From Reclinomonas americana ATCC 50394 (lineage: Eukaryota), in NCBI GenBank assembly GCA_048213135.1, contig PS015127.1, forward strand, positions 84,473 to 119,070: a DNA stretch of 34,598 nucleotides, in the 5' to 3' direction. The notes under the pieces are model-generated. The model was given only the letters and a program-made list of their open reading frames with translations. It made no database searches and was not told the DNA's origin. Below, one piece after another: positions 1 to 12,881 of the stretch. How positions within the stretch are numbered: the first letter of the stretch is position 1; the number at the start of each line of letters is the position of its first letter. Position numbers and translations under genes: made by a program.

Positions 1-240
1 AAGAAGAAGATCAACAACAACAACAACAACAGCAGCAGCAACAACAACAAGAAGAGCAAGAAAAGAAGAAGAAGAACAAGAACAAGAAGAAGGATAAGAA
101 GGATAAGAAGAATGAGAAGAAGAACAAGGAGAAGGAGCAGAAGCAGGAGCAGGAGCAGAAATGAGAGAAAGAGAGAAGAAGAAGACGAAGAAGAAGAACA
201 AGAACAAGAACGAGAACAAGAGTAAGAAGAACAACAAGAT
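1..240. repeat. Low-complexity GAA/CAA/CAG trinucleotide-type microsatellite tract, followed by (GT)n and (GA)n up to about 295
   Basis: Directly visible purine-rich tandem triplets. Probably lies in an intron of the minus-strand gene, whose donor is at 350. Confidence 0.9.
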
Positions 241-261
241 GAGCAATAGTGTGTGTGTGTG

Positions 262-297
<36 letters not shown>

Positions 298-350
298 GAG
301 AGAGACAAGAGAAGCAGCATGGATTGCGCATATACTTGAGTGACACAGAC

Positions 351-918
351 CTTTGACACGATTGGTCTCCTGCTGCGACCCACTCCCACCTCGCGCACGA
401 TCCGTCGACTGCGTGGAGCTCGCTGTCGATGGTCTCGGCGGCAACTACACACCGACAGAAAAAAAAAACAACATGAGCAGCCACAAAAACGAGCGGGCCC
501 TCTCACTCATCAACACACACACAACTGCATCAATCGATGTCGACATTCCACCGCCCATCGCCGACATGTTAGACAGTGGAGGTAGTGGTGGCGGTGGTGG
601 CGGCGGAGGTGTTGGTGTGCTGCCTGTCCTCAAAGTGCGGTTCTCGACACGATACACTCCGCCTCCATTGCTCATTGCTGGTGAGCTTGCCTGCATGAGC
701 ACCTGCTGCTGTTGTTGTTGTTGTTGTTGATAGTACATTTGCTGCTGTTGCTGGAGCTGCTGGAGAGTCTGTGGTGGCGCGGGACCGGCGCGAGGTGGAG
801 GCAGAGTGGAGGAGGAGGAGGAGGATGACATGATGCCGCTGCCATTGGAGCCGCTGCCAGAGGAGGAGAATGAGAGGCGGCCGTTGACGGAGGCGGCGGG
901 GGAGGCTGCGTATGCCAT
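351..918 (-). CDS. 5' part of a gene with a Ser/Gln/Pro-rich N-terminus, possibly a kinesin-like protein; partial
   Basis: Exons 918-526 and 444-351. Spliced product MAYAASPAAS...SIDALPPRPSTASSTQSTDRARGGSGSQQETNRVK. The ending 'NRVK' resembles the start of a kinesin motor domain (N-I/V-x-V-x-V-R-x-RP), but the motor itself is not visible. Confidence 0.45.
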
Positions 919-1570
919 GCGTGCGCGCGTAAATGGTGGACTAGATTTGGTCGGTCGGTGGAAATTCGGTCGATGTGTACAGTTTTCTTTGCGATTCAGG
1001 TGCGGATCGGCACGAAGCGGTCTGCAATAGCTGGTGCTTGTAGGAGATGATTATACGGTGGCTTGTGCTGGTCTTGCTGCCGGTCCGCAATGTGGATTTC
1101 AAGCATTGCGCAATTGATGGAAATTCGATTTCGATTTCGATTTCAAGTGCATGCAGGAGGCTGTTTTTGCATCCTTCCCCGACCTGAATTCGATTGCAAT
1201 TGGGCTTCGCGTCGTCGTCTCATCGTTGACATGCACGACCGGTGAGCCAATCGATCCTCAACTTCCAGTTTTCGAATTTCCTTGTCGCTGAAGCGCAGAT
1301 GCATGCAGGTCCGCTATCCTGGCGCGCATCCTTCCCCCGTACACACCTCGCCTCGCCTCGCCCAAGCCATTCCCCAGCTTGCATGTTCCTTGAATTTTCG
1401 TGTTCGTGAGCTTTCATATCGCGAGCAACAAAGTCCGACAATCCTCTCAATCGCAACAGAGGTGCGCGCATCGCGACGAAACACTCCTTTGCTCATTTGT
1501 GTCAGAGAACACACCACCACTCACTGTGTACGGCACCTCCAGACACCCAACACACAAACACAGACAAAAA

Positions 1571-3067
1571 ATGACACGCGCTGCGCTGATGCTCTGCGCG
1601 CTGTTGGTGCTGCTGGCCGTGTGTGGTGCGTGATCTCGCCCCCCCCCCACCTCTCCCTCTCCCACTCCCACCACTCACTTTTTTTGTGTGCAAACGCGCA
1701 GGCCTGGCAGCAGCCAAGCACGGTGAGGGCCACGAGCAAGCCGAGCGTGACCCCGCCACTCACGCTCTCGCCGTCAAGTACGGCTTCAACCCGCCCGTGG
1801 TGGGCGGCACCACCTCCACCACGCCGGTGAACGAGGCCGCTGCCACACCCACAGAGGCACTCCCTCAGGTCCAGGTGGACCCCATTCCAGAGTTGCGCGC
1901 GCACGCGAGAAACAATGAGAATGCCACGTGTGTTCATTGCTGACTTTCTTTGTTGTTCTACACTAGGGCGCCGCTTCCTCACCCGCCGGTCTTCCGTGTG
2001 CCGCCGACGCCGACTGGCTCGTTTGTGCACCCGACCCCGGCGCCGCGTCAAGCGGTGAATCCGTCGACGGAGGTGGTGCCGGTGGAGTTTGAGGTGGTTG
2101 TCGTCGAGGAGATTGATGTGCCGCCGCCGCCGCCGCAGCCAATGCGCGGTGCTCGCCCGTGTAGTGGCCATGGTGGCTTCTGGTCGCGCATCTTTGGTGG
2201 CCGCCACGCGCCGCCGCCGCCGCCGCCGGGTGACATGGAGACGCAGGAGGCGGGTGACGACAACCACCATCACCACCACCACCACCACCATCACGGCCAT
2301 GGTGACGGTGAGCGCCGCCACGGCCATCACCACCACCACCACGAGCATGCCGAGGAGTACGACGCTGCTGGCGTGCCTGTGGAGGGCGGTGATGAGAACC
2401 AGCACGACCATCACCACCATGGACGCCACGGCCNNNNNNNNNNNNNNNNNNNNGCTGATATTTTTTTGTTGCTCACCTTGGTGACCGACAACAGAGGAGA
2501 TTGGCAAGACGAGCCACTGCGTGGCTGGCTGCTGCGCCTCGAGCACCGCGTGCTTCTTTGGTGGTGCTCTGGCCCTTGTGCTCCTCCCGCTGTCGTGCCT
2601 GTTCCGCAGCCGCAAGGTCCGCCTCGGCGTCGGTGCCGGTCTGGCGATCTGCTCCCTGCTGTCGGCCACTGCCCTGTTGATCTTCGGCACCGTGGGCTCG
2701 TACCACGATGAGGCGATGGTGAGTGAGAGAACGAGGATCAAAAATTGTGCGTGTCGTCAGGCGAATCCGTGAACTCACTTTTTTTCGGTGATCAGCGCGT
2801 CATGTCGTCGTCGAACGAGCACGCTCTGGGCGGCAACTGGACGGTCATCACCCTGGCCATTGGCATGCCGCTGTTCATTGTGGCCTCGTGGGCGCTGGTG
2901 GCCATCACCGCCTGCTACCGCCGCCTGCCGTGCCGCGGACAGAACGGCAACAACAACAATGGCGACGAGTCCATGTCGGACATGGAGTCCAACTGCCCGT
3001 CGAACCCCGCCGCCTATGTGCCGCTGCCGCAGGACGATTCTGTCCAGCCGCTGCTGGCGCAGCCGGT
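1571..3067 (+). CDS. Signal-peptide, His-rich, multi-pass membrane protein of unknown function; internal gap, 3' end in gap
   Basis: Exons 1571-1625, 1702-1891, 1967-(gap 2434-2453), about 2495-2718 and 2796-3067+. N-terminus MTRAALMLCALLVLLAVCGLAAA is signal-peptide-like. It has poly-His tracts and about three hydrophobic helices (FFGGALALVLLPLSCLF; LGVGAGLAICSLLSATALLIFGTV; WTVITLAIGMPLFIVASWALVAITACY). Confidence 0.7.
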
Positions 3068-3087
3068 NNNNNNNNNNNNNNNNNNNN

Positions 3088-3230
3088 GCCCTCGCTCCCC
3101 CTCTCCGCCCTCGCTCCCCCTCCTCCGCCCTGCTCCCCCTCCTCGCCCTCGCTCCCCCTCCTCGCTCTCGCTCCCCCTCTCGCTCTGCTCCCCCTCTCGC
3201 TCTGCTTCTCTCCTCTGGCCTCGCTCTGCT
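3088..3230. repeat. Imperfect C/T-rich (CCCTCGCTCC-like) low-complexity tract
   Basis: Visible directly. Lies downstream of the GPDH donor at 3253, so probably intronic. Confidence 0.8.
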
Positions 3231-3253
3231 GTGAGTTTTTCCGACACACGCAC

Positions 3254-3856
3254 CATCTGCAGCGTATCCTGCGTGATGCCCTTGCTCGTCGACACCAGCG
3301 GCACCGTCGGCGGAATCAGCTCCTACACGCAGCGGAAAACAGTGAGCAAGAACGCCACCTCCTTTTGCTCGACAAAGCACACAGCACCTTGAGGGCCGAC
3401 AAGAACTCCAACGATCCCTGCACGGGCACCGCATGCACAATGAAATCGACGGCATCGAGTGCATCAGTGGCCGATGTGGTCGCCGAGATGTTACTCGGCA
3501 GCTTCACGGTGTCAAACGAGCGCGGGTTGCGGTTCTCCTCGTTGATGGTCTGACACACACACGTCATCAGCATCATCATTCGCGACAGTCGATGCATCAT
3601 CACTCGCACCTTTGCCTGGTCGTCGCGACGCACGAGCATGCGCACGTGATGTCCGTTGAATGCCACCGCACAAGCCATGGCAGTGGCGTATGCACCGCCA
3701 CCAAACACACACACATTGTGCACCACACTGGCGGCAGCAGCTGCTGCCGATGCCGTGCTGTGTGGATTACCATGAGCGCAAGCGAGCGAGCGAACAGGTG
3801 AAGGAGGAGAGAGAGTGAGAGAGAAGAGAGGGGGAGAGCTTGACTTGCCTTGCCAT
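3254..3856 (-). CDS. gpsA: NAD(P)-dependent glycerol-3-phosphate dehydrogenase (GpsA-type), N-terminal half; remainder lost in gap
   Basis: Spliced MASTASAAAAASVVHNVCVFGGGAYATAMA (Rossmann motif)...INEENRNPRSF...VKLPSNISAT...DFIVHAVPVQ...PLVSTSKGI. Introns at 3848-3758 (GC-AG), 3609-3550 and one at about 3387-3323, plus a donor at 3253. Confidence 0.9.
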
Positions 3857-4319
3857 CGTGATCAAAGTGCAAACGAAATTGTGTCGCTTGATCGCACACG
3901 CTCGTCACACTGGCCTCTTGCCGCACGACTAGTGTGCTTCAGCGAGGCACCATGTGATCTTTTCCATCTCAGCCGCTGAGCAAACTGCTGCCCGAAACTT
4001 CATCCATCAGACTCTTCACGTTTCCACAGCGAACATCACCGCATCCTTCACCCCTCTGCTCCCAGTGTGAGATCCACAACAGCGGCGTCAAAGGAACACA
4101 GCAGTTCACTCATGCATTCACGAAACGCACCCGCTTGTGTAGGCTGGTTATTGGACTTTGGCCTACAGCGCGCGCGCGCCATTTCGATGGCAAACCCTTC
4201 TCGCGCGGGATTTGTGGCAAACCCCAAAATAGTGCATTTCACCCGTTTTTTCTATCTCTCTCTGAGCGCTGACAACCTCCGTCTTCCTCTCACAACTCTC
4301 TCCACCCAACTGAATCGCA

Positions 4320-5547
<1,228 letters not shown>

Positions 5548-5690
5548 ACAACCTAAGCCCCCGCTGCTGCCATTTCCCCCCCTTTGAGTTGTTGTGCACG
5601 CTGACGTGCGCACACTCGAAACCCTTCCCAATGGCGTGTCTACACGCCAAAACACCCCCACTTGGCCTCCAAAAGACCATTTCCTACGAT

Positions 5691-6452
5691 TCAATCATGA
5701 TCGTCATCATCATCCTCATCGTCGTCTTGTTCCTCTCTCTCCTCTCTTGCACAATGTCTCTGTGTGTTACACACATGAGCAAGACCACCTCACAACTAAC
5801 AGCGACCGCAAGTGAAGGCACCTTCAACACTCGCGCAATGAGCGCCACATCGTCATCACCTCTGTCGTCGTCGTCGTCGTGCTCCACCGATCGTCTCTTC
5901 TTCGCTCTTCTCTCTCCTCGCCCCCCTTCCTCCAGTTGCTCCACCGTCTCTCGGATCACGGCAGCAGCAGAGGACACCACGCACGACTCGGTGAGCTGCG
6001 GATTGTCGCGCAGTGCGGCTGATAGTCTCCACAGTCGCTGCCCTCACGACTCAGACAGGAGGAGAGTGGAAGACGATGCCGACGACGATCACACCTCTAC
6101 AGCAGCACGTCGCGCCTTTGCCCGCAACAACTCGCGCTCCATGCGATGCACTTGCACGCGCAATGCACCGATTTCACCAGCATCTTCTTCTTCCTCCTCC
6201 TCGCCACCCGCCTCCTCCTCCACATGCTGCGCCACTCGCTGCAGCATGTCGTCACTGAACCGCGCTGCACATGCACGCTCCACGTGCTGATGCACTGCAC
6301 CGGACTGATCATAAGTGTGTGAACAACTGGCCAGCGAGCGCGCGCACGCAACAGGCGTCCTCTGCGTGTCGCACGTCACCCGCGCTGCCCGTGACATGCT
6401 GCAGTGCGTACCGCTGCAGAAGCACACGACGGGCCTCGCACAGTGCGTCCAT
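5691..6452 (-). CDS. Hypothetical protein with a coiled-coil segment and an acidic C-terminus
   Basis: Four-exon model MDALCEARRVLLQRYALQH...EDALHQHVERACAARFSDDMLQRVAQHVEEE...RAAVERLWRLSAALRDNPQ...ARVLKRHCAREEREEQDDDEDDDDDHD*. First intron 6352-6295. Three GT-AG introns keep the frame. No family recognised. Confidence 0.65.
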
Positions 6453-6551
6453 ACAGACAGAAAGCAAGCAAAGAGCGAGCATTATTGTCTCTCACACTTC
6501 TTTTGTGGCTGCGTGACACGCGTGCACACACACGCACACACACGAGTGGTC
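6453..6551. promoter_or_regulatory. Putative compact bidirectional promoter (99 bp between divergent ATGs)
   Basis: Divergent start codons at 6452 (-) and 6552 (+). Confidence 0.5.
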
Positions 6552-9500
6552 ATGGAGGGCGACTACTCCGACCTGGTGTTGCCAGTCGCGCCACTGGTGG
6601 CGCTCTTTGGCAAGCCAGGCCTGAGTTCGAGTGTTGCCATGGCGCTCTCCTCCTACGCACACCCGGCCTCTGCAGCTGCTGGCGCCTCCTCGTCGCCACA
6701 GCTAATGGTCTCAGGCAGCGGCCTCATGTCGTCCTCCTCAGTGTCACTGATGAGTGCGGCACACACGGCGTCGGAGGCACTGGATGCGGCCTCGTCTTCG
6801 TCGTCCTCTGCCACTGCAGCCTCGTCGTCGTCGTCGCTGCTGGCGCGACCACCGCGCTTCTATTTTCGCTCGCTGGAGGTGTCAGATACTCTGCCGTACA
6901 GGAAGGAGGTGATTTGATTGACGATTCTCAAACACAACACTCGCTAACACTCCCACTCACACACTCGTGCACACTCGCAGCCGAAGCGCGTGTATGAGGC
7001 ACCGTTGCATGGACGCGGCATTCTCAAGCGCGGCTGGTTGAGAAAACGACTGGTGAGAGCGTGGCATTGACTCGCTTGTGTGTGTCAGATGACTGATCAC
7101 ACTTGCTGTCTCACCAGCAACTGGAGCCGGCGGTGATTGCCGTGGTCACAGACGTGGACCGCAACTCGTTTGTGCCGCGCGAGGCCGAGCTCGTGCAGCA
7201 TGTGAGCACGCTGAAGGCGCGGCATGCCAATCGACCCAACTTGCTGCTGTGCGTGGTGTTTGTGTACACGGGCGAGTTTGCCGACATCAAGACGTACGTC
7301 AATGCGTTCCGCCGCAAGGTCTGTGTCGCCCCCTCCCCCTACCGTTGCATGAGTNNNNNNNNNNNNNNNNNNNNNNNNNNNNNNNNNNNNNNNNNNNNNN
7401 NNNNNNNNNNNNNNNNNNNNNNNNNNNNNNNNNNNNNNNNNNNNNNNNNNNNNNNNNNNNNNNNNNNNNNNNNNNNNNNNNNNNNNNNNNNNNNNNNNNN
7501 NNNNNNNNNNNNNNNNNNNNNNNNNNNNNNNNTTTGTGTGTGGAGGGAGAGCGAAGACAACTGTGTATGAGTGCGTTTTCCAACCCACTTCCCCCCACTT
7601 CATTGCGCAGGTGGAGCAAGCGCTGAACTTGTTCCGTTCGCAAATGCGTTGGTACAAGACGCTGGTGTTCCCGCGACCGCTGCGATTTGTGCAGTTGTCG
7701 CGCATTGCCTCGCAGTACGAGCTGATGAATCGCACCATCCTCTCGCTGCCGAGGCAAGCCCGCATCTCGTACGATCGGTACCAGCAGAGTGTGTTTTACT
7801 TGCAGGTGAGATGGAGATGGGAGTGAGGAGGTTGCTGTCGTTGCGACGTGTTGGCTAACTCGTGCGCTCGCCTCCAGGCCATTGCCAACTACCGCCGCAA
7901 GCATCGTGACGAGTTCATGCAGCTGGAACGCGACTACCACGCTAGCCTGTCGTACTACATTGCCAGCAGTTCGCCGTACCACGCCTGCGAGGTCAAGGTC
8001 GGCATCTACACCGGCCAGTACTTTATCGTGTCGAACGACCCACTCTCTCTCCGTTGCGTCCACTGGGGGAAAATATTTCTCGTGTGTGTGCTGCGTCTGG
8101 CGTCCGAGCTGAACCGTCGATGCGTTGTGCAGGCGATGAGCCGTTCTCGGTGGCCGTCAACGACCACATGCATGTGCTGCTGAATCACATGCTGGAAATG
8201 GATTTCTCCCAGCGCGTGCTGCGCGCTCTGAACGACGCCTACGAGGCACTAAAGGCGCGCACCACTGGACGAGTGCTGTACAGCATTGCATGCGGAGTGG
8301 CGGATGAGCACTTTCTGAAGGGCAATTTTGCCGAGGCCAAGACGTTGCGTGTCTTTCTTTGGTTTCGCCCAGCTCCTCCTCGTGTTTGCTGAATTTTTTC
8401 GTCGCTCGCACAGTCTGTACGACCAAGTGGTTCCGCTGTACAGACGAGAGAAATTCTTCTCGATTCTGCGCCGACTGTTGCTGCGTGTGAAGCGATGTAC
8501 CGAGGTGCTGGAGGAGCCGCAAGATTATCTCGCCACGTTGTTGGATCTCGTCAGCGACAGTTGCGTCTGTTGACTGTGCATTGTTGTCTCGGCGGCGCGC
8601 AGAGTGGACTGACGTGCTCTTCTGTTCTTTTCGTGACAGCCGAGTTGGCGGATGGTGACGAGCGTCTGCGCTATTTGAACGAGTTGTTGCAGGCGGTGCG
8701 TGACAAGAGAGAGTAAGGAGAGAGTGAGGAGTGTGTGGTGGATCGCTGATTGGGGTTTGGTGTATATGTGTGTGTGGCACAGACGGACGAGATCCCACAA
8801 GTGCCGCGCTACTTGCCGCCGTTTGTGGCCGTGAATCACATCAAGGCATTCGACATGTCGCACGGCTTTGGTTTCGGTACGCTGATTGCCGTACTCTCTT
8901 TGTTCTTTACCACACTCTCACACTCTTCTCCACCACACAGTGGACTGCCTGTTCGGTTTCGACCGCTCCTCGTTGTACATTGAGCAGTCGACATCGTTCC
9001 GCGTGATGCTGCGTGTCCGTGCGCCCACCGAGGTGTTCTTCTCCAAGCTGCAGGTGCGCTGCGCTTCACTGCCTCCACCTGCTTCGCTTGTGTCATTTTC
9101 GGGCTCATTGCGGGAGTCGCACGCAGATCTTCTTCACCTTTGACGAGTACAACCTGACGCTCACCGACTCCAAGCGACTGCAAGTGGAGCGCTCATACAA
9201 GCGGAGCGCTGCAGCGTCGCCAGTGCAGAGCGTCGTGCTGCCACTCCCGGCCGACGGCAGCGGTGCGACTTTGCATATCTCCTTTTTTCGTCGTCCTTCT
9301 CGCTTGTCGTTGTCTCATCTGCGCGCTGGTGTTCACGCCTGCAGCGCCCACCTCGCCGCTGGAGCAACCGGCGTCGGAGCCATCCGACATGCATCTGTCG
9401 GCGCTGGCGCTCGAGTCGATGGACATGGACGACACGCAGGAAGTCGATCTCACCGAAGAGGCCGAGAACGACACCGAGCTGGTGGAGCATTCCATGCTGA

Positions 9501-12355
9501 CCGATGTTGCCGCCGCCTCTGCCGCCGCCGCAGCCGCAACAGCTGCAGGAGCGGGCTCGGTTGTGGTGGCTGCTGGCGAGGCGCCGATCATTGAGCTCAC
9601 CGAGGGCAACACATTCGAACCGGAGCCGTACGTTGGCGACGACAGTGCCCTTCGCCGGCGATCGCGTGGCAACAGTGTGCGTGCCGACTTGCTCGATGCC
9701 GCCATGCATGCCAGCCACCAGGAGGCACTGCTGTCGTCTGGCGACACCGAGTCGTACTCGTCGCCTCTGGTGGCCACTCCGTCTCCACGTGCGTTCACTC
9801 GCTCCGACGCGCTGACCGCTTGTCATAATTGCTGCGCTCATCTCATGCATCTCATTTGTGTGGCAGATCCTTTTGTGGGAGCTGTGGGACAATCGGCGTC
9901 CGAGGCCACACTCACTGCCTCGTCCACCGCAACGACTCCTGCAGCGTCGAGTGCCCCGATGATCGTGCCGACATTGTCGGTGAATGGTGCGGGAGACATC
10001 GATGTGAAGATGCGCGTGCACGGCCGTGCGCCGCACAGCTTCGACAGCGAGTCCGAGTACCAGTCAAGTGATGCCGCACACAGCGTGGACTCTTCCGAGG
10101 TAAGCCAGCAGCAGCAGCGTAGTCGACTCTTGTATTGCGCAGCTAACATGTGACACAGGCGGGGGCTCTGGACACGACCGGTGCATCGTTTGACGGTGCC
10201 GAAGACTTCCCTGTTGGTGCGCAGTCGCCGACAGGGTCAGCGGTGCATGCAACGCCTGTACGTACAGCGTCGGGCATGTCCAATGCTGTGGATTTCCCAC
10301 TCTCCGCCACGCCACCGCGCTCCGATCCGCTGGCCTCGAGCGAAGATTTCCCACTGTCGCTCAGTCCGCCGGCTGCTGCTGCTGCATCGGTGGCCGCCGC
10401 TCGCGGACTGTCGTCACCCATGGCGGATGCCGAAGATTTCCCCCTGTCGAGCACGCCGCCCAAGTCGGCCGCGCCAACGGTGACGGTGGCTCCTGCGCCC
10501 GCCAATGCTCCAGTCGCACAAGCTGTCGCAGCGCGCAATAGCGATTCCAGTCACCTGGCAGCCACGGCATCTGCCGCACCAGTGGATGGTGTGTGTGCTT
10601 CCATGTGGTGATACGTCTGTTGTGCCGACAGCCGCGCTGATTCTGTTGTTTTGCTGGGGGGTGCAGATGACGGTGCGATGGAGGTGCCGGAGGACGAGTT
10701 GATGCTGAGACCCGGCGAAATCAAGTCATTCGTCTTTCCGTTCACGTCGCATAGCGTTCGCACTGTGCAGGTCCGTGTGCGCCTCTTTGCGCTGGGAGAG
10801 TGAGTGTTTCTGTCCTTAACAATGGATCTTCACTGCAGTGCTTTGGTGTGGTTCTCGAGCTCGGCACCGATCCAATGCACGCCTTGCGTCTACAGTGGTC
10901 GTCGCCGAATCCAGTGTTCCAGGCCCACGAAATCAAAAAGGCCGCCGGGTCAGTGAAATGTCAGTCGTTCGCATCAAGCCGTTGCAGTCACTCACGTTGC
11001 TCGCTTTGCTGTGCAGTCTCTTGCGGTTCTCTCAGCGCATTCGGTGAGTGTTTCATCCTGTTCCACCCCCACCCACCCTCCGCCCTCCCCTGCATACACG
11101 TACACCAAGCATCTATGTTCATTGGTCACACAAATCTATCTACACACACAATGCCTATCGCGTCCACGCACTCTGCCGATGCCAACATGTCAGTACTTGG
11201 AAGTCAATGCACCGATATTCGTGTCACTGACCGCATGAGTGTAGTGTCTTGCCGCCGGTGGCCCAAGCATCGCTGTCGGTGCACAATTACCCGCCTGTTC
11301 TCGTCAACGAGCTGTGCCAAATGGGTTGGTGCCCCACTTCTCCAGCAATAATGCTCTTCTGGTTCCTGATCGGTGCACGATTCTCGCGCAGTGCTGGTCA
11401 TCGAGTCAAACGAGGATGACATTGTGCGCGGCGAGGTGACCATTTCGGCCAGTCCCGAGGTGGAGGTGTTTGACTCGGACTCGCCATCGGCGCCACCGCA
11501 CAAGGTGATTGCCATTGGCAACATTCGCCCACGCACTCGACTGCAGCGCTCGTTCTGGGTGCGCGCCAGCCGCTCGGAGAATCACACGCTGGAGATTGAC
11601 GTGCGTGCATATGCGAGTGCGCGTGCCCTATTACAGTTGTTCCTGATGGTGTTTCTTGTTGCAGTTTGTGTACTCCACCAAGCTGTTCGAGAACTTGCGC
11701 GTGCGCGCCACACAGCGCGTGCTTGTGGATGTGCCATTTGAGGTTGGCTTTGTGTGCTCTCAGGCGAACTCCACGGCCGATCGACAATCGCGTGTGCCCG
11801 AGAAGTCCGACTATGGTGCGTCTCTCTCTGTGGGGAGATAATCTGCTCTCCTGGTTTCTGTCTCGATCTTGACCTCCCGCACACAGAGTCGACCGTGTAC
11901 GACCGCAGCCGCCCGCTCATGCTGTTTGTCAAGCTGCGCAATCGCATGCTGTACGGCGTGAGTGTGACGCACGTCGGTGTGCAGCAAGTATCCGGGGCCA
12001 CCACCACTCCAGTGGCCGTGTTGCCGGGTGGCCGCTCTCTATGTTTCGTGTCTACATCGTTTGATTCGATGAGATCCGCGCGTCGCCTCTGACTTATGTG
12101 AATGATAGTGGTTCGACCTGATGATTGCGCATCCATGACGCTGGTGGTCGACTGCTCGCAGTCGGCTGAGGCCCTGCAGCGACTCGGTTCGCTGGTGTTG
12201 AAGTGCCAACGGTGACTTTACTTTGCGTGTGAGAGAGAGAGAGAGCGTGTGTTTTTCGGTAACTGAATCTGTTTTGTAGTGCGCCCGATGGTGTTGCACA
12301 CCCATCGACTCAATCCGAGGATCAGACTGGTGAGGGTTGGACGGAGTGTGGATCT

Positions 12356-12404
<49 letters not shown>

Positions 12405-12708
12405 CACCTGTCTGCCTGGCAACCGCAGTCGATGACGGCGAGCCATTCACGTACTCGGTGGAGCTGCCGACAGTGCACCTCGAGCGACCAACGATTCACG
12501 TCGCACTAGGTTCGTACGTGTGCTTGTGTCTTGATGCGTGTGTGTGGACCACATGCTGACAGGCGGCGGCGCAGATCACCCGAGCGAGCTGTACGTGGGA
12601 CAGCCGTTCAAGCTCAGCGTGCGTGTCGACAACGACATTGACGAGCCGTCATGGCTGGTGCTCGATGTCGATGCCAGCACCTTCTTCCTCGTCTCCGGCA
12701 CCAAGCGG
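6552..12708 (+). CDS. TRAPPC11: Trafficking protein particle complex subunit 11 (foie gras/gryzun family); internal gap, 3' end in gap
   Basis: About 25 introns. N-terminal 'PLVALFG'; 'GILKRGWLRKRLQLEPAVIAVV' (compare metazoan GILKxxWxxKH...PA); TPR-like 'VADEHFLKGNFAEAKTLYDQVVPLYRREKFF'; C-terminal Ig-like 'VGQPFKLSVRVDN...FFLVSGTKR'. Confidence 0.85.
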
Positions 12709-12881
12709 GTACGTGTGGCATGTGGCATCACGAATATCTCGGATTTGCTCACAAAACNNNNNNNNNNNNNNNNNNNNNNNNNNNNNNNNNNNNNNNNNNN
12801 NNNNNNNNNNNNNNNNNNNNNNNNNNNNNNNNNNNNNNNNNNNNNNNTACACTCAAGTCTTTGCAACAGCAATCAACGCAC

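Noticed and set aside
11-484. Hydrophobic or poly-Cys ORF and Lys-rich ORFs at the window start
   Set aside because: Translations of microsatellite sequence.
3068-3087. GPDH, SDA1 and TRAPPC11 as truncated pseudogenes
   Set aside because: Truncations coincide with N gaps whose nominal sizes are too small for the missing sequence; visible exons have no lesions.
11988-11995. GTATCC resembling a U12-type donor
   Set aside because: It reads GTATCCGG rather than GTATCCTT, is in the wrong phase for the acceptor at 12108, and has no U12 branch site.
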